64,000 nt of DNA from Tubulanus polymorphus (GCF_964204645.1 NC_134031.1:8370001-8434000), one strand, 5' to 3'. Counted from the first letter of the stretch, positions 1 to 14,040 are shown. Numbers and translations: made by a program. The notes: generated by a model from the sequence alone, not told the origin.

Positions 1-394
1 AAGTCATGGAATAGTCAGGGAATTTTATGAAAATGTCAAAATCATGGAAAAGTCAGGGAAAAGTGTTTTTATGCACAGGACATTATAACAAAGCCCGGTG
101 AAACGTTTGCCCATTCAGTCCATCAGGGGCCACATGCACCAGGGTACAAAGCTGTTGGTATATAACATATACATAGGCTAAACATTTGATAATATGCGTC
201 AGGTTCTTTGATGTAAAGATGTTTAAAATAGAATAAAGGTGATTTTGTATTGTTCAACAATGCATGCCTTTTTCATCGCGGTCTAAAAATTCGAAAATAT
301 GAAGTTACTTTGGTCATGGGATTTTGGTAAATGTTCAGGGAAAAGTCATTGAAAAGTCTGAGAAAAACTAAATCAGATAGAAGTGGCCACCCAG
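1..394. mobile_element. End of a non-autonomous DNA element with GTCAGGGAA/GTCATGGAA subrepeats
   Basis: Repeated aagtcagggaa-type motifs ending in gtggccacccag. The other end lies outside the window. Confidence 0.45.
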
Positions 395-533
395 TAGCGG
401 TATCATACGAAATATCTCGATGTTCGCGAGACCGAATCTGTTGTGATGTAACGTGCAAAACGTAAACCTGTTAACCTTCTCTAAAATAGAAAAACTGAAA
501 CTTACAGAAATTTTCGTTTGTTTTATTTTTCAG

Positions 534-648
534 TTATTTACATTTGATATACACCAAACCATGGAGCCACCTTTCTCCATTCATGATCGGTATAATGGTC
601 GGTTACTTACTGTATAGGACTAGAGACATAAAGTGGAATATTCACTGG
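534..648 (+). CDS. NRF-6 / O-acyltransferase-like (acyltransferase-3 family) protein, internal exon
   Basis: AG acceptor at 532-533, GT donor at 649. Translates YLHLIYTKPWSHLSPFMIGIMVGYLLYR, matching the Y-x-KPW...P(Y/F)xxG...GYLL motif of NRF-6-like proteins. Confidence 0.85.
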
Positions 649-901
649 GTACGTTCAAGCAACCTAGCCTAAAAATATAATCGAAAAAAAGAATATTTCT
701 TTGGGAAATTTTTCACTGACACCATGCAACTCTCTAGGAAATATCATTCTTAAATTGACCTTTATGCAAACAAAAATCTAAAAGAAAAAGGAACAGTTTA
801 TATTTCTGACCTGTTATCAAAAGCTGCTTCCTTCCCTTTGATGCACTACATCGAAGCGACGTAAATAGGTATGTAACGAGAACGTCGTTAATTCTTTTCA
901 G

Positions 902-1073
902 TTCCTGGTTTCAATCGGTTGGTTGTTTGCTGCTCTGCTTATGTTGATACCAGCTTTTAGTTTGTTCACCCCTTCGACGCAGCTCGAAAACTCAGTATAT
1001 TTGTCGCTCGCAGCGACGGCTTGGTGTCTAGGACTTGCTTGGGTCGTCTTTGCGTGTCATGTGGGATTTGGAG
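902..1073 (+). CDS. NRF-6-like protein, internal exon
   Basis: AG/GT flanks, in phase with the previous exon. FLVSIGWLF...YLSLAATAWCLGLAWVVFACHVGFGG matches the family W..FAC..G.GG motif. Confidence 0.85.
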
Positions 1074-1164
1074 GTATTTTGCCTTAGCTTCTGCGTACAT
1101 TGTACTCAAAAGATCAATGTAATACAATTAGATAGAAGGCTACTCAGCGGCAGAGAACAGTGAT

Positions 1165-4100
1165 TATTAGGACGTTCGTTAGACGAACGTCCTTATGTGA
1201 TCGGTTTGCCGATTGATGAAGTCACTTCCGATTTGGTCGTGAGGCGTTTTCAGTCGTTTTCAAGTCAGTTAGTTGGAATTTTCCTCGAATTATACTGTAG
1301 AAAGGGTGTCTTCAAGTTGGGATTGAATCTGGTTAAAATAGCGTAGTTTTTGCTGTGCCCTCTAGAAAAAATGCTATCCACGCCGTTCTCGTGACATCAC
1401 ACATCACGTGTTTCCAATGGCGTAGGTTATAGTGATTGTGTAGGCCTACAGTTCAAGCAAATGATCGTTGTGTCGTGGAAGTAACTTTAGAGTATCCGTA
1501 CAAAGTTTAAGGTGAGTGTCAACATATGGTGGCTTTACTGATTCCTCTTGAAGGCCCTCAACACATTGAAAAAGGCGTTCAACACATTGAAAATTATCGC
1601 TATGTTATGTTCAACGCACATTCACACGCTTTAACATAGTCTACGTGACGTAGCCGCCATTAATCAGAAGCCATCTTTCCACTTTAAAAGTCATGAAGTA
1701 AATATCATAACTAATAGTTATCTGATATACACCAATAAAACTTTAAGAAAAGGGATTCAGCATCGGACATTGTGTCAAGATATCCGAGTTGGTATTTTAG
1801 TCGGACAAATTTATATTAAAAGCCATTTGAATGACAGGTGCAGGTGGGCGTCTCCAATATGCCGAGACGTAAACAATTATAACCACATGCGCAATACAAA
1901 CATGACAAATTCATGACAAATTCAATTCAAAAATTTTTTGAGCACCAAAACGTTTTTGGAATAGGCATATTTCAACAGGTTTCTAACAAAGAGTAACAAA
2001 AATTGGCTTTTTGCCCATTCATCACATATTTCTCCTAAAAAGCCAGCTAGGCCTTTAAGATTGTAGATGGAAACAAGAAAATTAACTTTAATAAATTATT
2101 TGACACCTGCGAAAAAATGTAGAATTTCTGGGATAAGCTAATGTGGAATTGCAAATTTGAAATCGAAGTTTTAAGAAATTTGGGGAATTATGAGATTTGG
2201 CGATTGGCTAGATGATACAGTCTTCGACTGGTCTAATTTTTAAAAAAATTGTCAACTTGTGACCGACTTCGATTCACTTTTACTCTAAGCTGGTCTGCAA
2301 CTTCATTGAGAAAGAGCTCTTCTGATGTCTGCTTCATCATGACTTCGAGCATATCGTGTAGCCAGCCGGCCCGGTCCCGGGGCCCGGTTTGGCTGTCACT
2401 CGATATCCTAGACTTGAGTCTGGGTTGAAGTAGACATCGTCATTTAAATAACTTATTCATGTTATTCTGTATGAATTACCCATGTGTCTTGTATTTTGTA
2501 TTTTCTTATTCTAAAATTTGTAACTTTATTGAATTTGGGAATTTCATCCCGGAATTTCAATGTAATAAGGATCAATAAAGTATTGAATTGAATTGTCACC
2601 TTATACACATGCCATCAGTGGACGCGGAGCCGTATATGACAGCTATCCTATTGTAGATTGCTAATCTCATGAAACCTGCATACCCCTAATATCGAACATA
2701 TTTTCTAAAACATTTGAATATTGAAATTATTTGTTTACACGTTTTTATATAGACCGCTTGAAGCCGCCGATGAAATTCACGCCGGCCCTACTCAGATCGT
2801 TGATAGCTTCGTCATTCCACTAGAATCCCCATGTCAGGGTCTGACTTTTATATCGGACTTCCAAATCGTGTATACATCCGCCATTTAACCGAATAATCCG
2901 ATTTACTTATCATTTCTATTTATGCCTGCCGCTCCTGATATAATCATACATCCTTTACTATTACAATACCTCTTATCATGATATTCAATGCAATATAACA
3001 TTTCGATGTTCAAATAGAGGTCATTATATAATCACAGGGAGCCATTCTACATCTTTATCAATAATATTTTGCCAAATAGCTTGTATGTGTACACATAAAC
3101 CTGTGACGTTTTGCACATCGATTTACGGTTGTCGTTTGTAAAATGACGCTGAATGGTTAACATTGTTTAGGTTTCATAATGGTAACGTTTTATAAGGCGT
3201 CAAAAAATAAGCAAATTCATTCAAAATAGTCTTCACTTTGTATAGAAACTGAATGATTTCTATCCAGGAGCACCTTATACGTGTTGGAATTTTCTTTACA
3301 TTTTTAGGATATCATACACGAATTAGAACATCATGCCTGGTAACTCTCTGATGTTGACAAAACGAAATCTTGTACCAAGTCAGACAACGAGTAGTCAGCA
3401 CCTGAACAGCCAAGAAGAAACATCTAGTAGACACACATTTCACAACAAATCACATCCTGTCATGCGACTATGTTTAAATTGTTTAATAAATTTTTTAGCC
3501 TTTTTAGTTTTAATGTCATTACTTCCTTGCTGTCTATTCTCATTTTTTAGGCCAAGGGCGGTTTATTACGTTCACTTTTCGTCCACTTTTTTTGATGCAC
3601 CCCCGCCGGGTCCATTAGAATAAGGAAAATTTGTTCAATCAGGCACAAGCTGGGTGCCCTGGGACTTTTTCATTTTTGCCTGAATTCCGAAACATGTAGA
3701 TTCCTAAATGTTTGCCATTTTTCTTTAAAAGTTGTGATTGGTATACAATCGGAAGGGATCTTAAACATTTCAGCAGGGTCAATGATCAGTCAACTGTCAC
3801 ACAATCGTCGACCACCTATGGATACCTTGTAACTGCAATGAACTGCACAGTTGTATCCAGACATGTCCTGATTATGGTGAACTTCATTTGTTTTGTATAT
3901 GGTCACCAGGGGGCATTGAATAGCTGAATAACTTAGTAATTTCATATTGTATTGGTACCTAGGCATCTCTTACCACAATCAATTGCAAAATTGTACTTCA
4001 AACCACTTCTCGAGTGAGGTGGTGTCCCTGGACCCTGGTGTACCTGTTTGTCATCTAACCTCAACGGATGATCATTGAGTCTCATGTGAACTGACTCCTA

Positions 4101-4853
4101 AAATGGTTAACCTTGACCCTACTATTCATTTCTTGTATTGATGTAAAACCCATGACATCGAATTGATGGTTGATTCGTCCACTTTAGTCACGAAACAGTT
4201 TTATTATTCATCTATTACGAAATTCATCTCATCATCTAACTTTTCAAGAAAAAGTAGATCGCGGTTAAAGTTTCAAATTGCGACATACCTTGAACGAATG
4301 AGCAGTCCTCCAAAGAATCCTCACATTTTGCGTATTTTTGTGAATTGACCACGGTTGGCCTTCCTAATTCCGAGTTTCTTGTCGTAATTGAATGGCATCT
4401 TGATAGTTTAAGCCTGGTGGCGACAGAGTTTCTTGGTCGAAGGTTCTTCTCTGGTCTCTCCCCCATTGGTTAATAGAAACATCGAACCCGCTTATAATGC
4501 CCTGCGTGGCGCTAAGCGGGTTGAGGGTGTTCAAAAGAAATTTAAAAAATCTTGATCTTTTTCCCGGCTCGAGGGACCAAATATCCTGACTGTACTTTGA
4601 CATACGAAAGAAGTTGACTAATTCTGCGGAGGGAAAATTGATTTATTCTGTATACACCGTTTGGTAACAAAGACTTAAACATATGTGACATATCATGTGA
4701 CAATTATTAACATATATAGTTCTCCCGCCATAAACACTTGGTAAACATTATATATGACACTTATATTTATAATATATGACACTTTTGAAGATTCTAATTT
4801 TTCAATTGATGTGTGCAGGTTGCTAAACATAAATTTCATGAACGAACGTCCTC
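1165..4853 (+). mobile_element. Large HINE/Helentron-like element (family D) filling an NRF-6 intron
   Basis: Starts after TT with hairpin aggacgttcgtt-ag-acgaacgtcct. The reverse complement aacgaacgtcct recurs at about 4841-4852, consistent with a subterminal inverted repeat. Confidence 0.5.
3545..4040 (+). mobile_element. Degenerate HINE family B copy
   Basis: Begins ttttagg...ttcacttttcgtcc and ends gtggtgtccctggaccct. It is the reverse complement of the family B copies inside LSG1. Confidence 0.55.
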
Positions 4854-4871
4854 TTTTAAAGTTTCTTTCTC

Positions 4872-5043
4872 CAGTGGAACTTCACGGGACCAGAAAATAT
4901 GTTCGTTGTAACCGATAGTTTGTTATATCCAGTATTAGATTAATCAAAATTCCTTATGCTTGGGGACTAAATGCTATATTTGTTATATATATTTATATCC
5001 GATGAATCGTTGTATCCGAAATCGTTATAACGAGGTTCCACTG
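4872..5043. mobile_element. pogo/Tigger-like (Tc1/mariner) MITE
   Basis: Termini CAGTGGAAC...GTTCCACTG followed by TA; internal gttatatcc repeats. Confidence 0.6.
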
Positions 5044-5158
5044 TAGTTATATTCATATAATTAGCTACATGTATGATACATTTTTGATTAATAAGTGAAT
5101 GTATGTATTTTAAATGACCGTATCAAAATTATAACCAATATATTATATTCTATGTTAG

Positions 5159-5301
5159 GTCCGGTAGATTGGCTGTTGTCTTTGAAGATATTTCTGCCAT
5201 TAAGTCGACTGACGTACAGCACTTATCTTATCCATTCAATTGTCATAGTGGCCGTGTACAAGTCCCTAAAACCTGCAATCTTTGGAAACACTATAACGTT
5301 A
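5159..5301 (+). CDS. NRF-6-like protein, internal exon
   Basis: Phase-1 acceptor and GTAAGT donor. GPVDWLLSLKIFLPLSRLTYSTYLIH contains the PLSRLTY..YLIH signature. Confidence 0.88.
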
Positions 5302-5478
5302 GTAAGTACAATAATTTTGATTAATAATCTTGAGTCGGATACCCAATAATTGGAAAAGACAGACACATGAAATTATATAGGTGTTTTATCGATCATTATT
5401 CCTGTGCGTATTCTAAAAAATCAATGTCAAAAGAAGGTTCAGGTTTAAGATACTATATATCAGAATTTCTTTTTTCAG

Positions 5479-5664
5479 GTTTGCTATTTCTTGGCATTTC
5501 TCTGTTTGGCGTATGCAATAGCTCTAGTTGCGTCTATCTCGTTCGAATCTCCGATGATAGCACTCGAGAAAGTGTTATGCAAGGATTGTCATAGCTGCTG
5601 CTGTACGCGAAAAACCTCCTGTAAAAGTAGCTTGTGTTGTCACAGTTTACAAATAGATAGATAG
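5479..5664 (+). CDS. NRF-6-like protein, last coding exon
   Basis: TTTTCAG acceptor. VCYFLAFLCLAYAIALVASISFESPMIALEKVL (FE.P...LEK motif), then a Cys-rich tail and TAG. Confidence 0.8.
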   Translation, partial: VCYFLAFLCLAYAIALVASISFESPMIALEKVLCKDCHSCCCTRKTSCKSSLCCHSLQIDR

Positions 5665-6666
5665 ATAATTCAATAGTACACAAAAAAATTTGCATTGACA
5701 AAATCAGTTTCAATAGTTAGTGCACGATATCAATATAAGTATTGTCGGTGACAGAGATTTAACAGCAGCCGCCGCAGCCGCCGCACCAGCAAGGGCCAGT
5801 CTCACATCAATTTTACATAATAAAAACCTAAAGGTTGCCATAAGCAGCTAATCGTTAAATAGCAATCAATCTAATCGTATGCATATGTAAGATATTGTAT
5901 ATTGTCAGCCTGACATAAATGGCATAATAGACAGGTATTCCGGGTTTCGAATAGTTGCTTTAGGTTTTCAAGGGCACGATGAAGTTCTACAAAATGTACT
6001 TCCAGCTTTGATAGCGCATTCGAATTAAAATGACACCTACGGCTATTGAACGTATTGAATATAAAGATCTCATCAAAATTACTGGGCACTGTTTTGTTTC
6101 TTATTCTGAACCGCTTTCGTCGGATCATATTTACGCATGTACAAATGAGAAATTTTGGTATTTCAAAACAGGAGGGTAACAATGTGTGGCCAAAGCTGAT
6201 GACAAATTTGAATCTAAAAAATCAAACCTGCCAAAATCGTCACTGAATATGGTTTGTTTTGTATGATACGATTTCACGATTGAAATGACTAAATCTTGAA
6301 GAGCGAAGTCGGACACCTTTTTTTTTAATCAACAGCATATTCCGAGGTCACGGGTATCGTTGTCAACGTAGTCTATCAATATCACGGATTCCCACAACGC
6401 AAAATACGCAGAACATCCCACAGTTCTTGGTTGAGTTTGATACTAAGCTTACAGCATTGGAAATTGCAAAGTTAAGGGACCATCCATTTAGTACGTACGC
6501 ACGATAGGGGGGGGGGGGGGGGGGGCGGTAAAATATGCCCTCTCTACCATATGCGGTAAAACGCATATGGTAGGGAGGGGTACGTGGTTCTGCGTACGGT
6601 ATGCACCTAATAATCATCCATGCACTCTATTGACCGTTCATTCTGCATTCAAGTTAAAAATAAGAT

Positions 6667-6830
6667 TGTGATTTGATACCAGGAACTAGCTCAGAATAGC
6701 CACTAAACACAAACGATATTGAAATAATTTAAAGCTTGATTTATTATCGAAACCAGAGCCAAAGAGAAAGAGAGCGAGGGATAGAGGGACGTGAATGTAT
6801 ATTGCTCCACTAGACAATGGCCAGACGTCA
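6667..6830 (-). mobile_element. LTR fragment related to the LTR at 18134-18441
   Basis: tgtgat..gatac...agctcagaa...cac.aaacacaaacgat...aaag.ttgatttatt...gagagag aligns by eye with 18134-18270. Confidence 0.5.
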
Positions 6831-8797
6831 GTAGAACAAAGTCCAAATGACCAGTACCGAGTTAAGTGAACGGTTAGGATAAAAGAGATAAAGACAATAT
6901 TGATCTTAATATTATTACAATACGGATATATAGTACATAATATGTTTGTAATGAAAACTGAATGATGACGTGGATATTAAATTAATACTATCCTCTGTAT
7001 CAGATTTAAGGATATTATGTTCTCTATCGCATTCTTTATAATTTTGTATTAATGACTGCGACATCAGTTTCAATTGTCAAAAGTAGAAAAATTAATTGCA
7101 CGAGTTGTTCTCTAATTTAGCTGATGAGAATTGATTAATTGAATTAGATAGATAACGGGCGTGGCAGTCGAATGTCTGGTCGATAGTGAGACGATTGCGA
7201 TCAGTATCATGGCAATTCATGATGGTTGCATTTAGATAATAAATGTCTTAAGTCACTTCTGATTCCCTTTCCGGTAATCAAATACAAGTAAATATTTAAA
7301 GTATGATTAATCATTAAAAATACCAAAGGCAAAAAATATCTTATCTAGTTTAGTATTATTCCTGGCAAGAGGGCTAAGTATAGTATGTTGTGACCGCGAA
7401 GACGATGCACAGCACACCACAACCGTTACCTGTTTTGAGTTATGCGATGCTTGGGCCTTTTTTCCTTTTCTAAGTAACGTGGCAGACGTAATTGCGGACG
7501 GGTGGTTATCAAACATAACGGTCCTTCTGCAATAAACTCATCCTCGCTTGCCAAGGTTTTGATTGTCGCCAGCTGGAGCTCACGCCAACACGAACCCTGA
7601 CCGCAAACCCTTCATCGGTCTATAAAATCGCCCACGATTTCTTGGGTGGACTGGTTCCCGCACAACCGGATGAATTTTGTTGGTTCCAAATGATTCGGAT
7701 TCTACTGCAAGTGGGCATGGCGTCCCTGGAACCCTAGTTTACATTTGATGTATATACAACGCATTTCTCTGTCCTATCATTGGAACTTTGGTATAACGAA
7801 CGATTTATCGGATAACAAGTTCCACCAGGTCAGAATACGTCATAATACGAATGAGCTCCATCAGACCGCTAACCGCCCATAAAAATCAATATGGAGCACT
7901 GACGATTTCTATGTAGTTTTCCTTAAAAACATGGCTGAATCAAGAAACATTCTATTCCAACAGTGAATATATGCAACCTAGCATTAGGCACTTTTAAACT
8001 ACTAGGAGTACGAAGAAGGATTGATTTGCAAGCAGTTAGTTTTAGCGAAGAGCGAAGCAGGGGGTTTGATTTTGAAATCGGAAATCGAAGTACAGATATA
8101 GTTGCGTGATCGGCGATTGATTAAATCGAAGTACATAATAGGAAATTTAGCGGTTCATTCAAACAATCATCCATACAGCCTTAGCCGCAGGCCCGTACCG
8201 AGATTTTTTGAGGGGCAGTTCTATTTCAAGAAAAATGGCACATTTTACCATAAAAAGGGGCACTATGTTATTGAAAAATGGCAGATCTAAAACATGAAGT
8301 GCCCGGGTACCTGAATGAAATAATTTGAGAATGGATTGCGTTTCATTTTCACAACAAAAAACATGAAAATTGTTTCCAAATTTCGAAAAATCTTGACTAT
8401 ATTTTCTACACTGACTTTTTGAAGGGCACTTTGTAAATTTTAGTGAGTTTCGCTACCCCGTACCCCCCTCCCCCACTCGGCACGGGATCAGCCGGCAAGC
8501 AACTGATTCGGGTTAATTATGTTCGCTGCCTAATTCAATACATCGAGATCTTGGAAATAACTATATTACAAGGTTAAATATCATTTTGTAGTCCGGTAGT
8601 AGTTTTTACTCAGGTAGATGTTGATCTAGAAGTCCTATTAGTTGATTGTTCCGCGTGTTGATTGGAATAAAAGGAAGTTCGAAACGCAAATTATCTAAAC
8701 ATAGTTTAGATAATTGCTCGTAGATTACATCGACAGTGCAATCCAATGGGAATGGGTTTCTCCACAAAGGGATGCAGAGTTGGTACTTCACATCTAG

Positions 8798-10087
8798 CAG
8801 GCCCGTAGGCACAGGGGGTTACTGGTAACCCCCATTTGGCTGATAGTGCCACATAATGATAATATTCATTTCGCCATGTACATATGCAGTATAAATGATA
8901 TATAGATTATAAACAATTTACATACATACGCGGCTGCCAAAAGCCAATGGAGGCTGTGTTCCGTAGGGATCCAAGCACCCGGAAAAAAAAGATCAAAATC
9001 AAATTAAATTAGGTAGAATGAGGGTGAAATGGAAACGCGAAATGGGAGTAATCTGTCCGCAGTAGACATTTTAGATACACCAGTTTGATTCATTAACTAA
9101 ATAATTGTGCTTTAAATGTCTTAAGACCAGAATTGGATTTGGGTTCAATAGTCATTAAAAGTGATTTTCTTAAATCTCTTTATTAGAGTGTGGACTGTTG
9201 GAGCATTTTTGATTGAGAAATTTTGAGTTTACCAGATAATTGGTATTTTTCCAAGAAAAGATCTATTATATAAACTTGATGAATGGGCAGCAACTCTCGG
9301 ATAGTCTCTTTGTCTAGTATTATAGTTGTGGTTGAATGAGTTTTTTTGAAGGATAGCAAGAATGGGTCGAGGAAGGCTAGTTTTAGTATATCTATAGCCA
9401 GTTTTAACCAATTCAAGTTTGACCAAGTCGGCCAGCTTCAAGATTTTCATAGATTTGAATAGTGGATTAGATGGTGCTCGGGAAGTAGAATGGCGCTCGC
9501 TTCTGTAATTTGAATAAGTGGTCTAAATTTGTCTTTGTTATGAGTGGAGCCCACAAATTCAGACAATACATTAAGTGACTATGGACGAAACTGAAATAGA
9601 AAATCTTCTTTATCCATTGAGGAACAAATTTAATTCATCTAATTAAATGCAGGTTTTTGTTGATTTTTGAAATAATACTTCGGACATACTCTTCAAAAGT
9701 TAAGTTCTCGTAAAATATTAAGTCCTAGTAAAGTAAAGCTACTCACCCTTTTTATTGTGTTATTTCCAAATTTTAGTTCTATATCGTCGAAATTAACTTT
9801 AAACGACCGTGGTTTGAATAGCATATATGTTGTTTTGCTGATATTCAGGTTCAATATATTTGCAGCTTTAAACCAGTCAATAATAGAAATTAAGAAAATA
9901 TAGAATGCCCTTTTTCTGAGATTCACTTGTTTGATTTAAACCCCTTCACTTCTTTACCTTGGGCACACATTCTATGAAAGGGCACTTTCATTGAGGCAAA
10001 AGGGTGATTTGCATGCATAAGACGGAACAAGAAAGCGTCCTTTCATATCAAATAACCCCCACTCTCTAAAACCTGCCTAAGGGCCTG
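8798..10087. mobile_element. CAGGCCC-terminated TIR element (hAT-like MITE) carrying a LINE fragment
   Basis: TIR caggcccgtaggca / tgcctaagggcctg (13/14). Flanks tctag / tctgg are a possible 5-bp TSD. Confidence 0.55.
9050..9930 (-). mobile_element. CR1/L2-clade LINE ORF2 C-terminal fragment (decayed)
   Basis: IDWFKAANILNLNISKTTYMLF and KILKLADLVKLE are typical post-RT segments; frameshifted. Confidence 0.7.
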
Positions 10088-12130
10088 TCTGGTGATGTCT
10101 TTGCCAAAAAGCAGAACGTTCGGAAAGTTACCCATACAGTGGCAAATTATTGCCGGTCATTTTGTCTTAGAATCACTCTTGATACTCAGATCTACGGCAC
10201 TTGTATTCATACCATAGTATACGTGCGTGTACAACTAGGCCTCGGATGTTTTAGGTCCCCGAACCCTCCTATCAAAAATTTCTTGATCCGTCCATGATAA
10301 CACCATTCTATATATTGTTTTTTTATCTCATGGTCTTCATCCTGATACCACTGTTATACGAGAGCGCTTCTGACGTGCTACAAAGTGATCTGCACAGGAA
10401 TGAATCAGCGCGCATTGGATTTCATCTCCAATGGCTAGAAGGCCTGAAAATATTTTCTGTTCTCTTTTTTTCTCCTTTCACCCTCCTATTTTTTGTTGAA
10501 AAAACCCGTTCTCCAAGTTGTCAAAAAGGCATTAAGTATTGTAGGAAAAAGACTGGTAATTGTTTCCTTTTCGTTGTAATATCGTATATTGAGCCGGTAA
10601 ATAGATAATTGGCCGGTCATATCATTCTGATTTTCAATAAAAGGAAATGCAATTTGTTTGATTATTTTGTAATGACAATATAAAATTTGTATTCTTATCG
10701 ACAGTTGACATACAAAGTGCCTTTTGTGCGGTTAGGGTTAGAAATATAGTTTATGTTCAAATTTAACAGACACGATCAATTATATTATTCATTCAGTGAG
10801 GTAATTCAATCCATAGCCATTTAAATAGTGAAAATACCTTCGCACATAGATACTGCAAACATCTCTGCCCCGCGCAACACCGGCAACCGCAAAGCGCCAC
10901 ACTCGGTGCCAGTGAGTGAAGGTGAAAGGAAGCGCTCTGATCTTATAATAAATACGCTAAGGTAAACGTGTAGTTAAGTTTTTATATGAGTTTATAGAAA
11001 AGTGACGTCTGTGGTTTTCAATTAACTTTTTCTCGTTTCTGTAGAAACTCTTGCAAATCTCTCAAAGTTGGATTAGTTTAGGCTGTACGTAATTTAAACT
11101 CATTTACCTGGTAAAGCCCCATGCACTGTAACGAAAGCTCGTGATTCTAAATGAAACCTATACATGTACAGTGTTTCCTGTTTTTACTCTTATTATAATA
11201 ATAATGTTTTATTTACGAATTAAATTACAATATCATGTAGTAGGGTGAAGTTAAAATAAACTTATTACCTGAGAGGCCCAGTCGCCCACACACTCACATT
11301 CACGCCCCATTCATACATACAAGTTACATGACAAAAACATTCAACATAGAAAATATGATAATTCCAGGATATTCAGTACATTAGATTGATCAATTATTCA
11401 TTTAGGTTTTGTTCTGTACCATTTGACAATGATAAAGCAGTTAATACCTCTGGAATATTTAATCCTATATATAGTACGCAGATATTCATTTCAGAAAATG
11501 TCTGCTATTTGGATATCTTTGTACATGTATCATTGGGATCCAAGCTTATCACTAGACGTAGCGGGGCATGAATTAACATGGAATCATCACAAAATAATTT
11601 TCGTGGAGAAAAATACAATATTACTCAATTACTCTCATTCCAATGCAGCCCTCTTCAAGATAATCCTCACACCTGACGATTGTTTTACATTGAGTTTAAA
11701 ACGTTCAATCATTCCTTAATCAACACAGTCTTGAATAGTTCAACACAGTCTTGAATAGTTTAAGAGTTCAAAACTGACTGATTGTGTGAAACATTTTTCG
11801 AACACACCTGTCTTTACAGGCAGTTTAAAATTTTCAATTGACATATTACTGACAGTGCAGTTAAATACTAGCAAAAGAAAATATATCTACTTTATGGACG
11901 ATATACAGTGAGCGTGTATCGTCAGTATATATTGATCGTTATACTCGAATGAGTTTCTTACTGAGGTTTCGGTTCGAGTGTAACGCGCAAAACGGTGAAT
12001 AACTATAAAGACGTGAAAGAAAAAGTTGTGCGCCATGATAGGGTTAATCATTTGGAATAATTCTTATCCCAAGACATGATACAAACTTCGGCAAAACGAC
12101 AGGTATGTCGCATGGAAATGGTTTGAAAAT

Positions 12131-12134
<4 letters not shown>

Positions 12135-12180
<46 letters not shown>
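12135..12180. repeat. (AT)n microsatellite
   Basis: Uninterrupted AT run. Confidence 0.95.
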
Positions 12181-12185
<5 letters not shown>

Positions 12186-12328
12186 TTCAAAAATCTTTTT
12201 TAGTTTACGTTCACTTATATCGCGTGTCCCTTACAACACCGAACCCGCCGGAATCGAAAAACAGGGGGTTTGATTTTGAAATCGGAAATCGATGTACAGA
12301 TATGTAGGATAGGCAGTCGAATAATAAT

Positions 12329-12885
12329 CGGTGAACGGGAAATATGGCCAAGGAAAAAATGGCCACGGAAAAAAGGCCAAGGAAGATTAAAGGCCAAGGA
12401 AAATTAAATAGAAAACTAACTATCATTTCATTGACTAACAAGAAATCAAATGCATTGATATTTTGACATGTCACCACACAATTTCAATGCATTTACCTTT
12501 GACGCTGTGCCCTAATAGCTTACTTATGTGTTTTGAAATATTAATTTAGTTAATTTATTAAGTGTAAGTTTATCACTATTGAGTTTATCCATTGCCCACT
12601 TGCACGATAGTTCTTTCATGATAGTTCTTGATATATTCATATGTAATGAAATTAAATGTGAGTTCATCAAATTTCTGAACTCATTATACCGATTTAATTG
12701 TTTTTAGCCCCATTAAAAATAAATGATGTCATTAAATTGAAAGCCTAATGTTTTATTAACATCGTCAGTAGTTCTTATAATTTTTTTTCCGTGGCCATTT
12801 TTTCCTAGGCAAATACCTTGGCCATTTTTTCCATGGCCATTTTGTCCTGGCCATATTTTCCTTGACCATTTTTTCCTACATTCCG
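12329..12885. mobile_element. Foldback-type MITE with about 15-bp subrepeats in inverted arms
   Basis: Left arm has tandem ggaaaaaatggcca, right arm has tandem tggccattttttcc; CGG...CCG ends. Confidence 0.6.
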
Positions 12886-14040
12886 AATAAACAAATATGT
12901 TATGTTTGGGTTCTCCGGTTCGTGTAAACAATCCAGCCCGAACTGGCAAGCGGCTGGTCGGCTTTTTTATTTTCGTTGGCTGCCTAAATTTGATAAATCA
13001 AGTTTTGAAAATAAAATTTTGGGCATAAACTGACGTCTGGCAGACAGCGTCAAAACAGGAAATGATGCATATATGCATTTTTCACATCGGGTGGTTATAT
13101 ATTTTTTATATAAATGTGCGTGAATTAGCCTGATTATTCGTCGCTTCGTGCGTATGAATTCTAGTTTTGGCTTGTCGCTTTGATGTGATCGATTGGCTTC
13201 CGATTGACCGTAAATTTTCACCATTTATCCAACGAGAGAAACCGCCGTGATCCAAGAAAAAGTCAAATCCGACATAAAAACCCATTAACGCTAATATATA
13301 GATCCCAACACACCGTTTTTAGAACCACTTATATTCACACTTCACATACCACGCTTAATAGAATTGTATTATTTTCTAGTCGTAAACATCCGACATCATA
13401 CGCAGTTCTAGCAGGTTTTTCGCTACCTCGTACTGGTGCCACCTCCACAATGTGTTGCGTCGGAATCCTAATTCAATTGCTGTGCCAGATAATATTTTTG
13501 TGAACCAAAAAATGTTGGGGGTGGCCAAAAATTACCACCATATACGTAGGTAGAAATTGGTTTCAAATTTTCCTTTCACATGTAGCTCATAAATACGTAC
13601 CTTCATCTATCATGAAAGAAAAGATATCACACTGCTTAGGATAAAACGCATCTTCGCTGTAAAATTCTGCAGTCCATGTTGTTTTCCTTGAAATTGTTTT
13701 CTACATCTGAATGAAAATGTGCATGTCACGGATTTCAACAAAAATTCATAAAGACTATACAGTAGTCTTTGTGAATTTTTGATTTCATACATCTCTGCAG
13801 TACAGCGAAGTTGTCATGGCCCCCAATGTTGTAACTTTTACAGTTTTTTGCGGCTGAAATAATTTCTATGCGGTACCGATCATGACAATCTTCGTGGTGC
13901 CCCCTTCATACACCGCCATTCCCATGCTTTTAACGTAGTTAGGCCTATGATACCAAAATGATGATATTCAGAAGCTCAATGACGTTACTTATATATAAAC
14001 GTATAAATAAGTAAATGTTGTACATACTAGAAACCATTTA

